In this document: positions 24,008 through 34,371 of the stretch, one piece after another
Position numbering within the stretch: the first letter of the stretch is position 1
Layout of the letters: every line of letters starts with the position of its first letter
Source of the DNA: Betaproteobacteria bacterium
GTDB taxonomy: Bacteria; Pseudomonadota; Gammaproteobacteria; Burkholderiales; SHXO01
NCBI GenBank assembly: GCA_025356655.1
Contig: JANXRW010000053.1
Location: 5,518 to 69,517 of the forward strand
Length of the DNA stretch: 64,000 nucleotides
Reading direction: 5' to 3'
Made by a program: the position numbers and the translations under genes
The notes under the pieces: model-generated
Seen by the model: the letters and a program-made list of their open reading frames with translations, nothing else
Told to the model about the DNA's origin: nothing
Database searches by the model: none

Positions 24008-25152
24008 TCACCCCTCAGTGGGGACGGCCACGCGCCGGCGCACCTTGATAACGATCTTGGGCGCATTGGTTGGCGCCCGGGGCGCCCGGTAGACAAAATC
24101 GTCCGGATCCCGCAGGGCCGGCGGCAGGGCGGGCGACGCTCTTCGGACCCGGGCGCCGCGCGCCGGACGCGCTGCCTTCGCGCTGGCTCGAAGTGCTCCC
24201 TCCCGGTTGCCTGGGTTGGCGGCTGCGCTGGGGCGGGGGCCCCGAGAACCGGGGCGGCCGCCGCCACCGCCGCCTTTCTTGCCCGCACCGGAGCGCTGTG
24301 CGGCGGGATATTGATTCCCCGGTTGGATACCGCGCGCCGCGCGGCTGCCAGGCTGCCGGGCCCCAGGTTGGCGGGACCCGGGCTGACGATTGCCCGGCTC
24401 GCGTACCACGGGCTCGCGGTTACCAAACTGTTCGTCATCGACTAGGCGGTTGCCAATCTCCGGCGCCTCGCCGCCTTCGCCCTGGATAGGTCGCGCGCGA
24501 CTCTGGGCAGCGCCGTCGCGGGGCTGACCCTGCCGGCGTTGGCCGCCACGCGGTCCACCGGGCCTCGGTGCTCCCGCGGGCTTGGGCCCACCGGGCTTCT
24601 GGCCTTGGGGGCGCGCCGCGACCGACTTCTGCCCTTGCGGGCGTGCTGCGACGACCCTCGGTCCGGCCCCGTTGGACCCAGGAGCGCCAGGCGTGGGTTG
24701 GCCCCGGGCCTGCATTTTCTGGGCGGCTTGCTCACGCGCCCGCCGCGGCTTCTGCACCGGATGCTGCGCTAGGCGTGGCGCCCGCTGCGGGGACACGGGC
24801 GCGACCGCGTCGACGATGCGCTTCGCGGGCCGCCCGGGGTGAGCGGTGAGCCGCACGGCCTGTGCCAGCGCCTGCGCCTTCTCTGGTGCCAGTTTCAACT
24901 CTTGCACATAAACCTTGCGGTGCCCCTGCAAGCGCTTGAGCACTTCAGCATCGGGCACATCCTGGTCCCAAGGTGTCGGCATCGGCTCGATTTCCATGAA
25001 CACTTCCAGTTCCTGGAAGGACGGGAAACCGTAGCATTTGGCGACGACGTCGCGGGCAACATCATCGGTTATCCCGCCAAGGTGGAGCTTGACCGCAGTG
25101 GCGTACTTCTCGGTGAGGGCGAGGGACAGGGGTATGAAGGGGCTGGAGGACA
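24008..25152 (-). CDS. Hypothetical protein: small N-terminal globular domain plus about 270-aa Arg/Gly/Pro/Gln-rich disordered region
   Basis: ORF 24008..25468 was trimmed to the ATG at 25152 (MSSSPFIPLSLALTEKYATAVKLHLGG). Internal peptide repeats are AARPQGQKS/AARPQGQKP and NRQPGSRQPGARQPGSR, plus a poly-Gly run. I recognise no family. Confidence 0.6.
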
Positions 25153-25806
25153 TTAACACCTCAGAAAGCGGCGTGCACCGCGGGTAGCGCTGCCACAGGG
25201 AGCAGCCTGAAAAGCCTGACCATTCGCTGATTCGTCTAGGGTGGCGGCCAGCGAGGTTCGCGGCGCTCTCGTCCCTAAGGCTTCCCGGAGGCTTCGTGGA
25301 CCTGTGCCGCAATAATGAAGGCGGAATCAGGTACGTTTGCAGACCCGGATAGAAACAAGGTGTCCGCAGCGAAGCATCTGGTTGAAGTTGAAGAAGGTTC
25401 GGCAACCGCGACGCCGCAAGTCGCAGCGTCGGGCAGGAGAACATTACACAGTTTTGGCCAAACTGCAAGCTTTAAATGCATTCCCCCGCCACTCACCTCA
25501 GAGATCTTGGCCTAGCCGCCCCCTTCGGCCGGGCTCCCTGAGGGCCCAATTCACGCCGCCTGCGGGACTGGACCAGAGGCGCCGTCGGTGCCAAATCGTG
25601 ACTAACGTAACCGCCACCTAGCCCCCTTGAGCAACCCAGACGGTGATCGACGTGGCCGACGCGCGGCAAGGCAGTGATTACGGGCACCCAGGGTGGAGCC
25701 TATGGGATTGCAGCGTCTCGGCCTCAGCAGGCGTGCTGAGGCCGCACATCACACGGTCCGGCAACGGCAGCGCCGCTCCGATTGGAAACACTCCGGCCAG
25801 CCAACT

Positions 25807-25821
25807 TGACAACCGTTGTCA
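25807..25821. promoter_or_regulatory. Perfect 7-1-7 palindrome TGACAAC-C-GTTGTCA in the long ORF-poor gap
   Basis: Read directly from the sequence. It could be an operator-type dyad. No associated gene has been identified. Confidence 0.25.
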
Positions 25822-26599
25822 GAAAGCCCGCGATCCCACCATGAGTCGCCAGACCGTGAGTTTCGCCTGGCGCGAATCGATGCGCGAGTGCCTCGACAAG
25901 CGAGTCGTCGCAGGCAGCTTGCGGCAACACCGGCGAGCGCATCTGCGACTGGGTCCGGCTCGGCCAGGAAGCGCAAGGAAAGTGGCGGTTCCGCGATCTC
26001 ATCGAAGAAGGCCTCGCATCCAGGCCTAGCCGAGGTCGCACAAAGGCGACCGAAAAGGAACTGCTGGCGATCGCTCACGGCGAGATCGCTTGAGGCCGGC
26101 GGTTCAGCGCCGGCAGGCGCCGCGCGACCGGCAGGGCGAGGTCCGGTACCAGCGCAAAGAAGGCGGCACCCGCGTGGCGGTAACGGTGGCCAACACCACC
26201 GACGAAGCGCTTAGCCTGGTAGAACTAGAGCCGGGCATGGGCTCGACCCGACAGCGTCCCACACACCCTGGCGCTCCTGGCCGGCGACGAACACCGGCTC
26301 CCCGCTTGGCCCGTCGGGCATGCGTGTGCAGGGTCCAGTGCGCACTGGCTCATCGCGGCTGATCGGCGAGGCGGGGGGTCTCCTCCACAACTTCGACTAG
26401 CGGTTCAAGCGAGCGCTTCGTTGTCGGAGCGAAGAGCGTTGACACGCCGTCGCTCCGTTGCCTTGGAAATAAAAAATTGCACCGGTTGTGCGGCAAGCCT
26501 TGGCGCCCGTGTGCCCAAAAATCCGACGACCCCGCCGTCGGCGTCGCCCGAGGGCCCGTTAAAGCCCGCTCAACGCCTTGGCGGGTAGAATACCCTACC

Positions 26600-27364
26600 A
26601 TGGTGCAAAGGATGGGACAGGATAGCGGACGGGAGCGGTTGCGCCGGACTCACCGCGCGCGAGCGGTGTCGTCCTTGCTGGCCGGGGCGTTGGCCCTCAC
26701 CAGTATGCTGTCGGCGGGCGCCGCCGGCCCGCCCGCGCCGGACACCATCGAGGAGCGCGTAGCCGCCTGCACCAGTTGCCACGGCCGCCGGGGCGAAGGA
26801 AAGGAGCAGGCTGACGCGTCGTTCCCTCGTTTGGCCGGCAAGCCGGCAGACTACCTCTTCCGCCAGTTGCGCAACTTCCGCTCGGAGCGCCGCCGCTACG
26901 CGCCCATGGCGCACCTGTTGCAACCGCTGTCCGAAGACTACCTGCACGAAATTGCCACCTACTTCTCCGTGCAACACCCGCCGCTCGCCCCGGAGACCCC
27001 GTCGCGCCTAGGTCCGGCGCGTGCCGAAGCCGCCCGGGCGCTGGTAATGTCGGGTGAGCGCCGACGCGCGCTACCGGCCTGCAGCGCCTGCCACGGGGAG
27101 GCGCTCGCCGGCGCCGAACCGGGCGTTCCTGGCCTGCTTGGTCTGCAGGGGTACTACATAAACGCCCAACTTGCAGCCTGGAAGAGCGGCGTGCGGCATG
27201 CGGACGCACCCGATTGCATGGCGCAGGTCGCTAGTTTGCTGAGCGCGCAGGAAATCTCCGACATCGCACTCTGGCTCGCTGCTCAGCCGCGGGCGGCAGA
27301 CGCCAGAGCGCTGGGCGCGGGGCTGATTCGTCCGCCGCTTCGGTGCGGAAGCCTCCAACCCTGA
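26600..27364 (+). CDS. Dihaem cytochrome c (c4-like), exported
   Basis: ORF 26477..27364 was trimmed to the ATG at 26600; the start is uncertain. It has a signal peptide (RAVSSLLAGALALTSMLSAGAA) and two CxxCH motifs (CTSCH, CSACH). Confidence 0.8.
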   Translation: MVQRMGQDSGRERLRRTHRARAVSSLLAGALALTSMLSAGAAGPPAPDTIEERVAACTSCHGRRGEGKEQADASFPRLAGKPADYLFRQLRNFRSERRRYAPMAHLLQPLSEDYLHEIATYFSVQHPPLAPETPSRLGPARAEAARALVMSGERRRALPACSACHGEALAGAEPGVPGLLGLQGYYINAQLAAWKSGVRHADAPDCMAQVASLLSAQEISDIALWLAAQPRAADARALGAGLIRPPLRCGSLQP

Positions 27365-27372
27365 GGTCTCCC

Positions 27373-29409
27373 ATGGCACAGCACCTCCCCCTCTGGCGGC
27401 CGTCCGCAACTCGCGTCCGCGACGCCCGGATCACAGACTACCTGCGCTGGCTCGAGCGTACGCGAGGGCTCACCTTCCCGGACTACGAATCGCTATGGCG
27501 TTGGTCCGTCGAGGACTTGGAAGCATTTTGGGAGTCGCAGTGGACCTACTTCGGCGTGCGCTCGCACTGCCCCTACCGCCGAGTGTTGCAGGAGCGCGTG
27601 ATGCCCCACGCGCGCTGGTTCGAAGGTGCCACCTTGAATTACGCCGAGCATGCATTGGCGTGGGCGAGCCGGCCTGACGCGGCGCGGCGCCCCGCGCTCG
27701 TCGCGCTATCGGAGACCAGAGCGCGCATCGAGTTGACCTGGACCCAGCTGGCGGCCCAGGTCGCGGCGCTGGGCGGGACACTGGACCAGTTGGGTATCCG
27801 CCCAGGCGACCGCGTGGTGTCCTACATGCCAAACATCCCAGAGGCGGCCGCGGCGCTTCTGGCAAGTGCTAGCCGCGGCGCCCTATGGTCTGCCTGCTCG
27901 CCGGAGATGGGGAGCCTCGGCGTGCTGGAACGGTTCCGGCAAATCGAGCCCCGCGTGCTCTTCGCCGTGGACGGCTACCGCTACGCAGGCAAAGCCTACG
28001 ACCGCCGCGAGGTCGTACTCGGGTTGCTGCGCGGATTGCCCAGCGTCGAGGTAGTCATCCTGGTGCCCTACCTGGACGCACAGGCCACGTTGGATAACAG
28101 CGCACTGCCGCCAGCGCGCGAATTGCGCCTCATGACCTTGGCCGCGGCTCTCGCACAAAGCACTGCGCCGCGCTTCGAACCGGTGCCCTTTGATCACCCG
28201 CTGTGGGTGGTTTACTCGTCCGGAACCACGGGTTTGCCCAAACCCATCGTGCACGGGCACGGAGGAACCGTCATCGAGACCTTCAAGGGTGCTTGCCTGC
28301 ACCTGGACGTTGGCGAGGAGGACCGCTTTTTCTGGTATTCCTCCACCAACTGGATCATGTGGAATCTGTTGATCTCGACGCTGCTTTGCGGCGCTACCGT
28401 TGTCCAATTCGACGGCAATCCGGGATACCCGGACCTGGGGACCCTGTGGCGCCTGGCGCAAGCCGAGCGCGTCAGCTTCTTCGGCACCAGTCCGGCCTTC
28501 CTCAACCTGTGCATGAAGGCCGACCTGGCGCCTGGCGCCCAATTCGACTTGAGTGCGCTGCGCACGCTGGGGGCGACGGGTGCGCCACTGCCCGAGGAGG
28601 CCTATCGCTGGGTCTACGAGAAGGTCCACCCGGACATTCTGCTCGCCAACATCTCCGGAGGCACTGACCCGGGAACCTCCTTTGTGGGCGCCTGTCCGAC
28701 CCTGCCAGTCTACGCGGGCGAGATCCAGTGCCGGGGCCTGGGCGTCGCCACGGCCGCCTTCAATGCAGTTGGTCAACCCGTGCTCGGTGAAGTGGGTGAA
28801 CTCGTATGTACCGCGCCCATCCCCTCCCTGCCGCTACGCTTCTGGGGAGACGCTGGCGATGTGCGCTACCGGGAGAGCTATTTCGACACCTACCCCGGCG
28901 TTTGGCACCACGGCGACTGGCTGAAACTCCTGCAACGGCCCGAATCGGTGACCGCGGTGATCTATGGGCGCTCCGATGCCACGGTCAACCGCCACGGGGT
29001 GCGCATGGGCACCAGCGAGTTCTATGGCGTGGTTGAGCGCTTCGCCGAAGTGGCCGATTCCCTAGTCATCGACCTGGAATACCTGGGCCGCGAATCCTGC
29101 CTGACACTCTTCGTGGTGCTCGGTCGGGACGCAGGCCCAGACCGAACGACCCTCTATGAGCGCCTGCGGGCCGCGCTACGCACGGATTTGTCGGCGCGCC
29201 ACGTGCCCGACGAGATCCACGTCATACCCGCCGTGCCCCGGACCCTGTCGGGAAAGAAGATGGAAGTCCCGGTAAAAAGAATCCTGCTTGGCAAGGCGAT
29301 CGAAGGTTCCGCCAACCGCGCGTCCATGGCCAATCCCGACGCCCTGGACTGGTTCCTGGCGTTCGCTTGCGCCCGCCAGGGGGGAGTGGGCCCGGACGAC
29401 GGCGCATGA
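27373..29409 (+). CDS. aacS: Acetoacetate--CoA ligase (acetoacetyl-CoA synthetase)
   Basis: ORF 27343..29409 was trimmed to the ATG at 27373 (MAQHLPLWRPSATRVRDARITDYLRWL). It has an AMP-binding motif (VVYSSGTTGLPKPIVHGHGG) and an AacS-type N-terminus (DYESLWRWSVEDLEAFWESQW). Confidence 0.9.
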   Translation: MAQHLPLWRPSATRVRDARITDYLRWLERTRGLTFPDYESLWRWSVEDLEAFWESQWTYFGVRSHCPYRRVLQERVMPHARWFEGATLNYAEHALAWASRPDAARRPALVALSETRARIELTWTQLAAQVAALGGTLDQLGIRPGDRVVSYMPNIPEAAAALLASASRGALWSACSPEMGSLGVLERFRQIEPRVLFAVDGYRYAGKAYDRREVVLGLLRGLPSVEVVILVPYLDAQATLDNSALPPARELRLMTLAAALAQSTAPRFEPVPFDHPLWVVYSSGTTGLPKPIVHGHGGTVIETFKGACLHLDVGEEDRFFWYSSTNWIMWNLLISTLLCGATVVQFDGNPGYPDLGTLWRLAQAERVSFFGTSPAFLNLCMKADLAPGAQFDLSALRTLGATGAPLPEEAYRWVYEKVHPDILLANISGGTDPGTSFVGACPTLPVYAGEIQCRGLGVATAAFNAVGQPVLGEVGELVCTAPIPSLPLRFWGDAGDVRYRESYFDTYPGVWHHGDWLKLLQRPESVTAVIYGRSDATVNRHGVRMGTSEFYGVVERFAEVADSLVIDLEYLGRESCLTLFVVLGRDAGPDRTTLYERLRAALRTDLSARHVPDEIHVIPAVPRTLSGKKMEVPVKRILLGKAIEGSANRASMANPDALDWFLAFACARQGGVGPDDGA

Positions 29410-30617
29410 AGCGCCTTCTGCTTGGCTGCTTGCTACTGGCGCTCTGGGTGGGTCAGGCCCAGGGCGCACCGCGCAGCGGCGAGATCGCGCGGGGGGAGTA
29501 CCTGGCCCGAGCCGGAAACTGCATCTCCTGTCACACCCTGCCGGGCGGTCCAGCCTTCGCTGGCGGCCCCGCTCTGCGAACGCCCTTCGGCACGTTTTTT
29601 GGGCCCAACATCACACCCGACACGCCGACCGGCATCGGCGCCTGGACCCGAGACGACCTCTGGCGTGCCTTGCACGAGGGCAGGTCCCGCGACGGCACCC
29701 TGCTCTATCCCGCCTTCCCCTACACGAATTACACCCGCATCCGCCGCACCGACAGCGACGCGCTCTACGCGTACTTGAAATCCCTGCGTCCCGTGCACCG
29801 CCCGAACAAGGCGCACGAGTTGTCTTTCCCCTACGACCAACGACGCCTGCTGGTCGCTTGGCGGGCGCTCTATTTCAGGCCTGGGGAGTTCAGGCCCGAG
29901 CGCCGGCGCTCGGCTCAGTGGAATCGCGGCGCTTACCTAGTCCAGGGATTGGGACACTGCGACGCCTGCCATGGCGCGCGAAACCTCTTGGGTGCCACGG
30001 ACGGCGGCGCCGGACTCGGCGGGGCGGCGATGCTAGGGCAAGGCTGGTACGCGCCGGCCCTCGACGGCGGGCGCGAATCGGCGTCGGGCGCCTGGGAACT
30101 CAGGGATCTTGTCGCGCTGCTGAAGACCGGCGTGTCAAACCGCGGTGCAGTGTACGGGCCCATGGCAAGGGTCGTGCAGGACAGCTTGCAGCACCTGGAA
30201 GAAGCTGACCTGCTGGCTGTGGCCACGTACCTCAAGTCGCTTGCACCCGTCCAGGTGGTACCCGAGGATGCCGAGCGGAGCGCCTTCGAGACCGGCGCAC
30301 GCGTCTACGAGGCCCAATGCAAGGGGTGTCACCAGGTCGACGGGAGCGGGGCGCCCCCTGCCTATCCACCGCTGGCCGGCAACCCTTCCGTGCAGGGAAA
30401 ATCTACAATCAACACAGTGCGAATGGTGCTGTTGGGCGGCTTCCCGCCCAGCACGGGATCAAACCCGCGCCCCTATGGCATGCCTCCGTTCCAGCATGTC
30501 CTAAGTGACGCGGGCGTCGCAGCCGTCGTGACTTATCTGCGCCAGGCCTGGGGCAACCGCGCCGAAGCGGTAAGCCCGGCGGAAGTGGCCCGCCTACGGG
30601 GCCTGCCCGCAGACTAG
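29406..30617 (+). CDS. Trihaem cytochrome c (dehydrogenase cytochrome-subunit-like), exported
   Basis: ORF 29367..30617 was trimmed to the ATG at 29406, which overlaps the aacS stop (ATGA). It has a signal peptide (MKRLLLGCLLLALWVGQAQG) and three CxxCH motifs (CISCH, CDACH, CKGCH). Confidence 0.85.
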   Translation: MKRLLLGCLLLALWVGQAQGAPRSGEIARGEYLARAGNCISCHTLPGGPAFAGGPALRTPFGTFFGPNITPDTPTGIGAWTRDDLWRALHEGRSRDGTLLYPAFPYTNYTRIRRTDSDALYAYLKSLRPVHRPNKAHELSFPYDQRRLLVAWRALYFRPGEFRPERRRSAQWNRGAYLVQGLGHCDACHGARNLLGATDGGAGLGGAAMLGQGWYAPALDGGRESASGAWELRDLVALLKTGVSNRGAVYGPMARVVQDSLQHLEEADLLAVATYLKSLAPVQVVPEDAERSAFETGARVYEAQCKGCHQVDGSGAPPAYPPLAGNPSVQGKSTINTVRMVLLGGFPPSTGSNPRPYGMPPFQHVLSDAGVAAVVTYLRQAWGNRAEAVSPAEVARLRGLPAD

Positions 30618-30630
30618 CGCGCCGGCCGCC

Positions 30631-33600
30631 TCAGAACTCCTCCCACTCCGGCTCCGCCGAGGAGGTGCCGTTGACTGTCCGATTGACCGGAATGGCCGGC
30701 CTGCTCGCGCGCGGGGCAGGCTCCTTGCGGGGCTGCGTCTGGACTGCTGGCCGCACACCTGCTTGACTGGGCTTTGCTGCGGGCAGGGCTTTGCGCTCAG
30801 CCGGGCGCGGCGCAGCAACCGCCTTGGCCGCTGGCAGCCGGGTGACGTTCTGGGCCCGATCCGGCGCGCGGCGCTCCCTGACGGGTAGGGACGTCTCGCG
30901 GCTGAAACTCGCCACAAGATTTGCCAACTCACCCGCCTGCTCACGTAACTGCTCGGCGGAGGCCGCCGCCTGTTCCACTAGGGAGGCGTTCTGTTGAGTC
31001 GCCGTATCCATCTGCGAGACCGCCTGGTTGACCTGGTCGATACCGTCGCTTTGCTCCGCTGACGCACTGGCGATCTCGGCAATGATACTGGCCACGCGCC
31101 GCACGGAGGTCACCACATCGGTCATGGTCTCGCCCGCTTGGCCCACCAGCTTGGTGCCCTGCCCCACCTTGTCGACCGAGTCCGAGATCAGCGCCTTGAT
31201 TTCCTTCGCGGCCGCCGCACTGCGCTGGGCCAAATTTCGCACCTCGGTAGCGACCACGGCGAAGCCGCGGCCCTGTTCGCCGGCACGGGCAGCTTCCACC
31301 GCAGCATTGAGGGCTAGGATGTTGGTCTGGAACGCGATGCCGTCGATCACCGAGATGATGTCCACGATCTTCTTGGAGGATTCGTGGATGGAGCCCATGG
31401 TAGTCACGACCTCCGCCACCACCTCGCCACCCTTGACTGCCACATCCGAGGCCCCGACGGCGAGGCCGTTGGCCTGCCGCGCGGAGTCCGCGTTCTGCCG
31501 GACGGTGGCGGTCAGTTGTTCGATACTCGATGCTGTCTGTTGCAGGCTGCTTGCCTGCTCCTCGGTGCGGTGGGAGAGGTCGTTGTAGCCTGCGGCAATC
31601 TCACCGGCAGCGGTCTTGATGACCGTCGTGGACTCTTTCACGGTGGACACCATGTCCGCGAGGCTCTGCACAAGGGCATTGACCCCTATGCACAGCGCCT
31701 CGACCGCGCCACTCTTTCCGTCCAGGGGAATCCGCTGCTGCAGGTCACCGGCTTGGGCCGACGACACCACGTCCTGGGTCTGCGCCACGGCGTGGCGCAG
31801 CGCTTCCTCGGCAACGGCGACCGCAGTCACATCGCGCGAACAGCACAGCACCTTGATCGGTGCGCCTGCTTCATCGAGTATGGGGGTGTAGCTCACGTCC
31901 CACCATAGCGTCGCGCCGCCTTTGGCCACTCGGCTAAATCGTCCGTAGACGTCCCCGCCTGCGCGCAGCGTGGCCCAAAACTCCTGGTACTCCGGGTCAC
32001 GTGCCGCCGCCGGATGCATGAGGACCGAGTGATTCTTGCCGAGCAACTCCTCCGCGGTGTAACCCATGCTGGAGAGGAAGTTGTCATTTACGGCGAGTAT
32101 GGAGCCGTCGGGCGCCAATTCGATGACCGCCTGGGCACGGCGGATCGCCGCGATCTGGCCCTCGTGGTCCTCGACACGGCGACGCTGCTCGGTGACGTCG
32201 GTGGCGTACTGGACGATTTTAGCGACCCGTCCGTCCAAGCCGATGATGGGATAAAAGTTGACCAACAGCCACAACTCGCGCCCACCCTTGGCCAGGTAGC
32301 GCCCTTGTCCCGCTTGGTACTCGCCGCGGCCGAGCTTGGCCCAGAGTTCCTTGTAGGGCGCTGACGCCGCCTCCTTAGGCGTAACCAGGAAGGCGTGGCG
32401 GTTAGCGCGCACTTCGGCCTGCGTGTAGCCGGTCAGCTTCAGGAATATTTCGTTGGCCCCCAGGATGCGTCCGTCCGGGTTTATTTCCACCAGGGCCCGT
32501 GCGCCGTTTATGCCATCCAACTGGGCCTGCACCAGCGCCTGCTCCATGACCGCCTGCGTGCAATCGCGGGCGTACTCCATAACCTTGGTAAGCTGGCCCT
32601 GCTCGTCGAGCACGGGCACCAGGATGGTGTCGAGCCACAGCTCCGCAACCTTGGCCACCACGCGCCGGTGGCGCAACCCGCCCCCCTCACCGCGAGCAAG
32701 CCCCGTCCAAAGAGCCAGATAAGGCTCGCCCTGGCGTGTTTTCGGATCGACGAGATCGGCGTGAACCACCTCGGGCAACTCACCCTGTGCGTACCCGTGG
32801 AGATCCCGGAACTTGGCGTTCGCACTGAGCAACTTCCCCGCGGGTGAGTATTCCGATAGAGCTTCGACCGCCGCGAGGGCCAGCGCTTCGCGCTCGCGCT
32901 CGCGCGCCGCCCGCACTCCGGCAGTGACGTCGGTGCCGCGTAGCGCGACGCGCGCGACTGCACCTTGGGCGTCAGGCACCGGCTGACAGGTTCCCTGCAT
33001 CCACAGGTCCGCTCCGGCCTTGGACCGTAAGGCCCAAAGCCCGGACTGAGCTTGCCCCTGGGCCAACCGGTCCCAGGCCGGCACGTGCGCCAGTTGGTGG
33101 GTATCGAACACCAGCGTGTGCGGCTTTGCCGGCAAGTCCCGAGGCGCGAGTCCAAGCAGGTTGCGCAACCCCTCGTTTGCACCGAGCAACTGCCCCTGCG
33201 CGGAGAACTCCGCACTCAGCGTAGCGTCCTCGAGCAGAGCAAACTCGCGTGTACGCTCTGCTTCGGAGTTCGCCTCGGCGCTCGCATCGATCAACTGTTC
33301 CAGCACCCCGACCGTTTGGCCATGCTCGTCCCGCACCGGGATCAAGGTCGCGTGAACGGCCAGTTCCTGCCCCTGCGTGAGCCTGCGCCGTGCGCGCCCT
33401 ACAACCGACTCGCCCTGGGCCAGCCGGGTCCACATCGCTTGGTAGGTGGGCGAGGCGAGTTCGGCCTGGGTCATGACGTCGCCGTGCTTCTTGGGCGCCA
33501 CGCCCGCCTCGGCGAAACCCAGCAATTGCAAGTAGGCCTCGCTTGCCTCGAGAAAAGCCCCGTCGAGTGAAAATTCCGCAAGCGCCTGCTGCCGCGAAAG

Positions 33601-34059
33601 TGCCTCGAGCGTGCGCTCGCGCCGCTGCCCTCGGACATGCTGTGCGCTGACGTCGCGTGCCACCAGGACTACAGCGGACGTGCGCCCGCTGGCATCGGGC
33701 AGGGGTGCGTAGGTGCCATCAAGCCAACGTTCCCGGCCGTCCTTGCCTAGGCGTCGGTACACCGCGCTATCGAATTGGCCGCGCATCAACCTGTCCCAGA
33801 GCGCCTTCGCCTCTCCCGCAAGGGCAGGGTCCAACAGGATTTGGTGTCCCTTTCCGCGCAGTTCCTCGCGCGAAAACCCCAAGATCGCCAAAAACGCGTC
33901 ATTGAGGCTCACAAATCTTCCGTCGGGGGCAAACTGAGCCACGGCGCAGGACCGGCTGATTGCCAGAGCCTGTCCGCGCAGATCACCTGCCGGGCTCAGA
34001 GCCTCACCATCGTGCGCCCCGAAGAGGCGTGCCAGGAAACCCGCTCGCGTGTCGCTCAT
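30631..34059 (-). CDS. Soluble methyl-accepting chemotaxis protein with six tandem PAS domains
   Basis: 1142 aa with no hydrophobic TM segment. Six PAS-like repeats follow the pattern F/Y-x-P/L-D/A-G-...-N-..-F-..-G-...-H. These are followed by a HAMP-like segment and the MCP signalling domain ([41 protein letters not shown]). The C-terminus is ...AEPEWEEF. Confidence 0.9.
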   Translation of the reverse strand: MSDTRAGFLARLFGAHDGEALSPAGDLRGQALAISRSCAVAQFAPDGRFVSLNDAFLAILGFSREELRGKGHQILLDPALAGEAKALWDRLMRGQFDSAVYRRLGKDGRERWLDGTYAPLPDASGRTSAVVLVARDVSAQHVRGQRRERTLEALSRQQALAEFSLDGAFLEASEAYLQLLGFAEAGVAPKKHGDVMTQAELASPTYQAMWTRLAQGESVVGRARRRLTQGQELAVHATLIPVRDEHGQTVGVLEQLIDASAEANSEAERTREFALLEDATLSAEFSAQGQLLGANEGLRNLLGLAPRDLPAKPHTLVFDTHQLAHVPAWDRLAQGQAQSGLWALRSKAGADLWMQGTCQPVPDAQGAVARVALRGTDVTAGVRAAREREREALALAAVEALSEYSPAGKLLSANAKFRDLHGYAQGELPEVVHADLVDPKTRQGEPYLALWTGLARGEGGGLRHRRVVAKVAELWLDTILVPVLDEQGQLTKVMEYARDCTQAVMEQALVQAQLDGINGARALVEINPDGRILGANEIFLKLTGYTQAEVRANRHAFLVTPKEAASAPYKELWAKLGRGEYQAGQGRYLAKGGRELWLLVNFYPIIGLDGRVAKIVQYATDVTEQRRRVEDHEGQIAAIRRAQAVIELAPDGSILAVNDNFLSSMGYTAEELLGKNHSVLMHPAAARDPEYQEFWATLRAGGDVYGRFSRVAKGGATLWWDVSYTPILDEAGAPIKVLCCSRDVTAVAVAEEALRHAVAQTQDVVSSAQAGDLQQRIPLDGKSGAVEALCIGVNALVQSLADMVSTVKESTTVIKTAAGEIAAGYNDLSHRTEEQASSLQQTASSIEQLTATVRQNADSARQANGLAVGASDVAVKGGEVVAEVVTTMGSIHESSKKIVDIISVIDGIAFQTNILALNAAVEAARAGEQGRGFAVVATEVRNLAQRSAAAAKEIKALISDSVDKVGQGTKLVGQAGETMTDVVTSVRRVASIIAEIASASAEQSDGIDQVNQAVSQMDTATQQNASLVEQAAASAEQLREQAGELANLVASFSRETSLPVRERRAPDRAQNVTRLPAAKAVAAPRPAERKALPAAKPSQAGVRPAVQTQPRKEPAPRASRPAIPVNRTVNGTSSAEPEWEEF

Positions 34060-34371
34060 TGCTGCTCCTCTGCGTGGATGAATGCCGATCCGCCACTGCC
34101 GCGTTGGGCTGCCGAATGCGGGGAGACAGAGGGGTTAACGGCGAAGCAGCAGAAAAGTTAAGCCGACGCGATCACGCGAGAGGATGGGCGCTGACAGCCT
34201 AGCCAAGCACCCGACTGGCGCCGTGGATCCGCCTCGAATGCTGCTGGGCATCTAACGCTGGGCCTTGGGGACAGGGGCAAGCGAGAGGGCCGGTGGCGCG
34301 ACTCGCGTCATCCGCCCACTCCCGGACGCCCTGGAGGGATCGCGCGCCTAGCGCACGCGCCCCCCTGGGAA

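Noticed and set aside
25749-26078. ORFs inside the long gap (25749..26078 minus, 25724..26041 minus, 25816..26214 plus, 26090..26362 plus, 26350..26601 minus), considered as genes.
   Set aside because: They mutually overlap and are Arg/Cys/Ser-rich. None has a recognisable motif, SD sequence or signal. They are kept only as part of the ORF-poor-gap finding.
26464-26481. A sigma54-like TGG...TTGC motif (TGGAAATAAAAAATTGC) upstream of the cytochrome c gene.
   Set aside because: The GG-to-GC spacing is 12 nt rather than the required 10 nt, so it does not fit the -24/-12 consensus.
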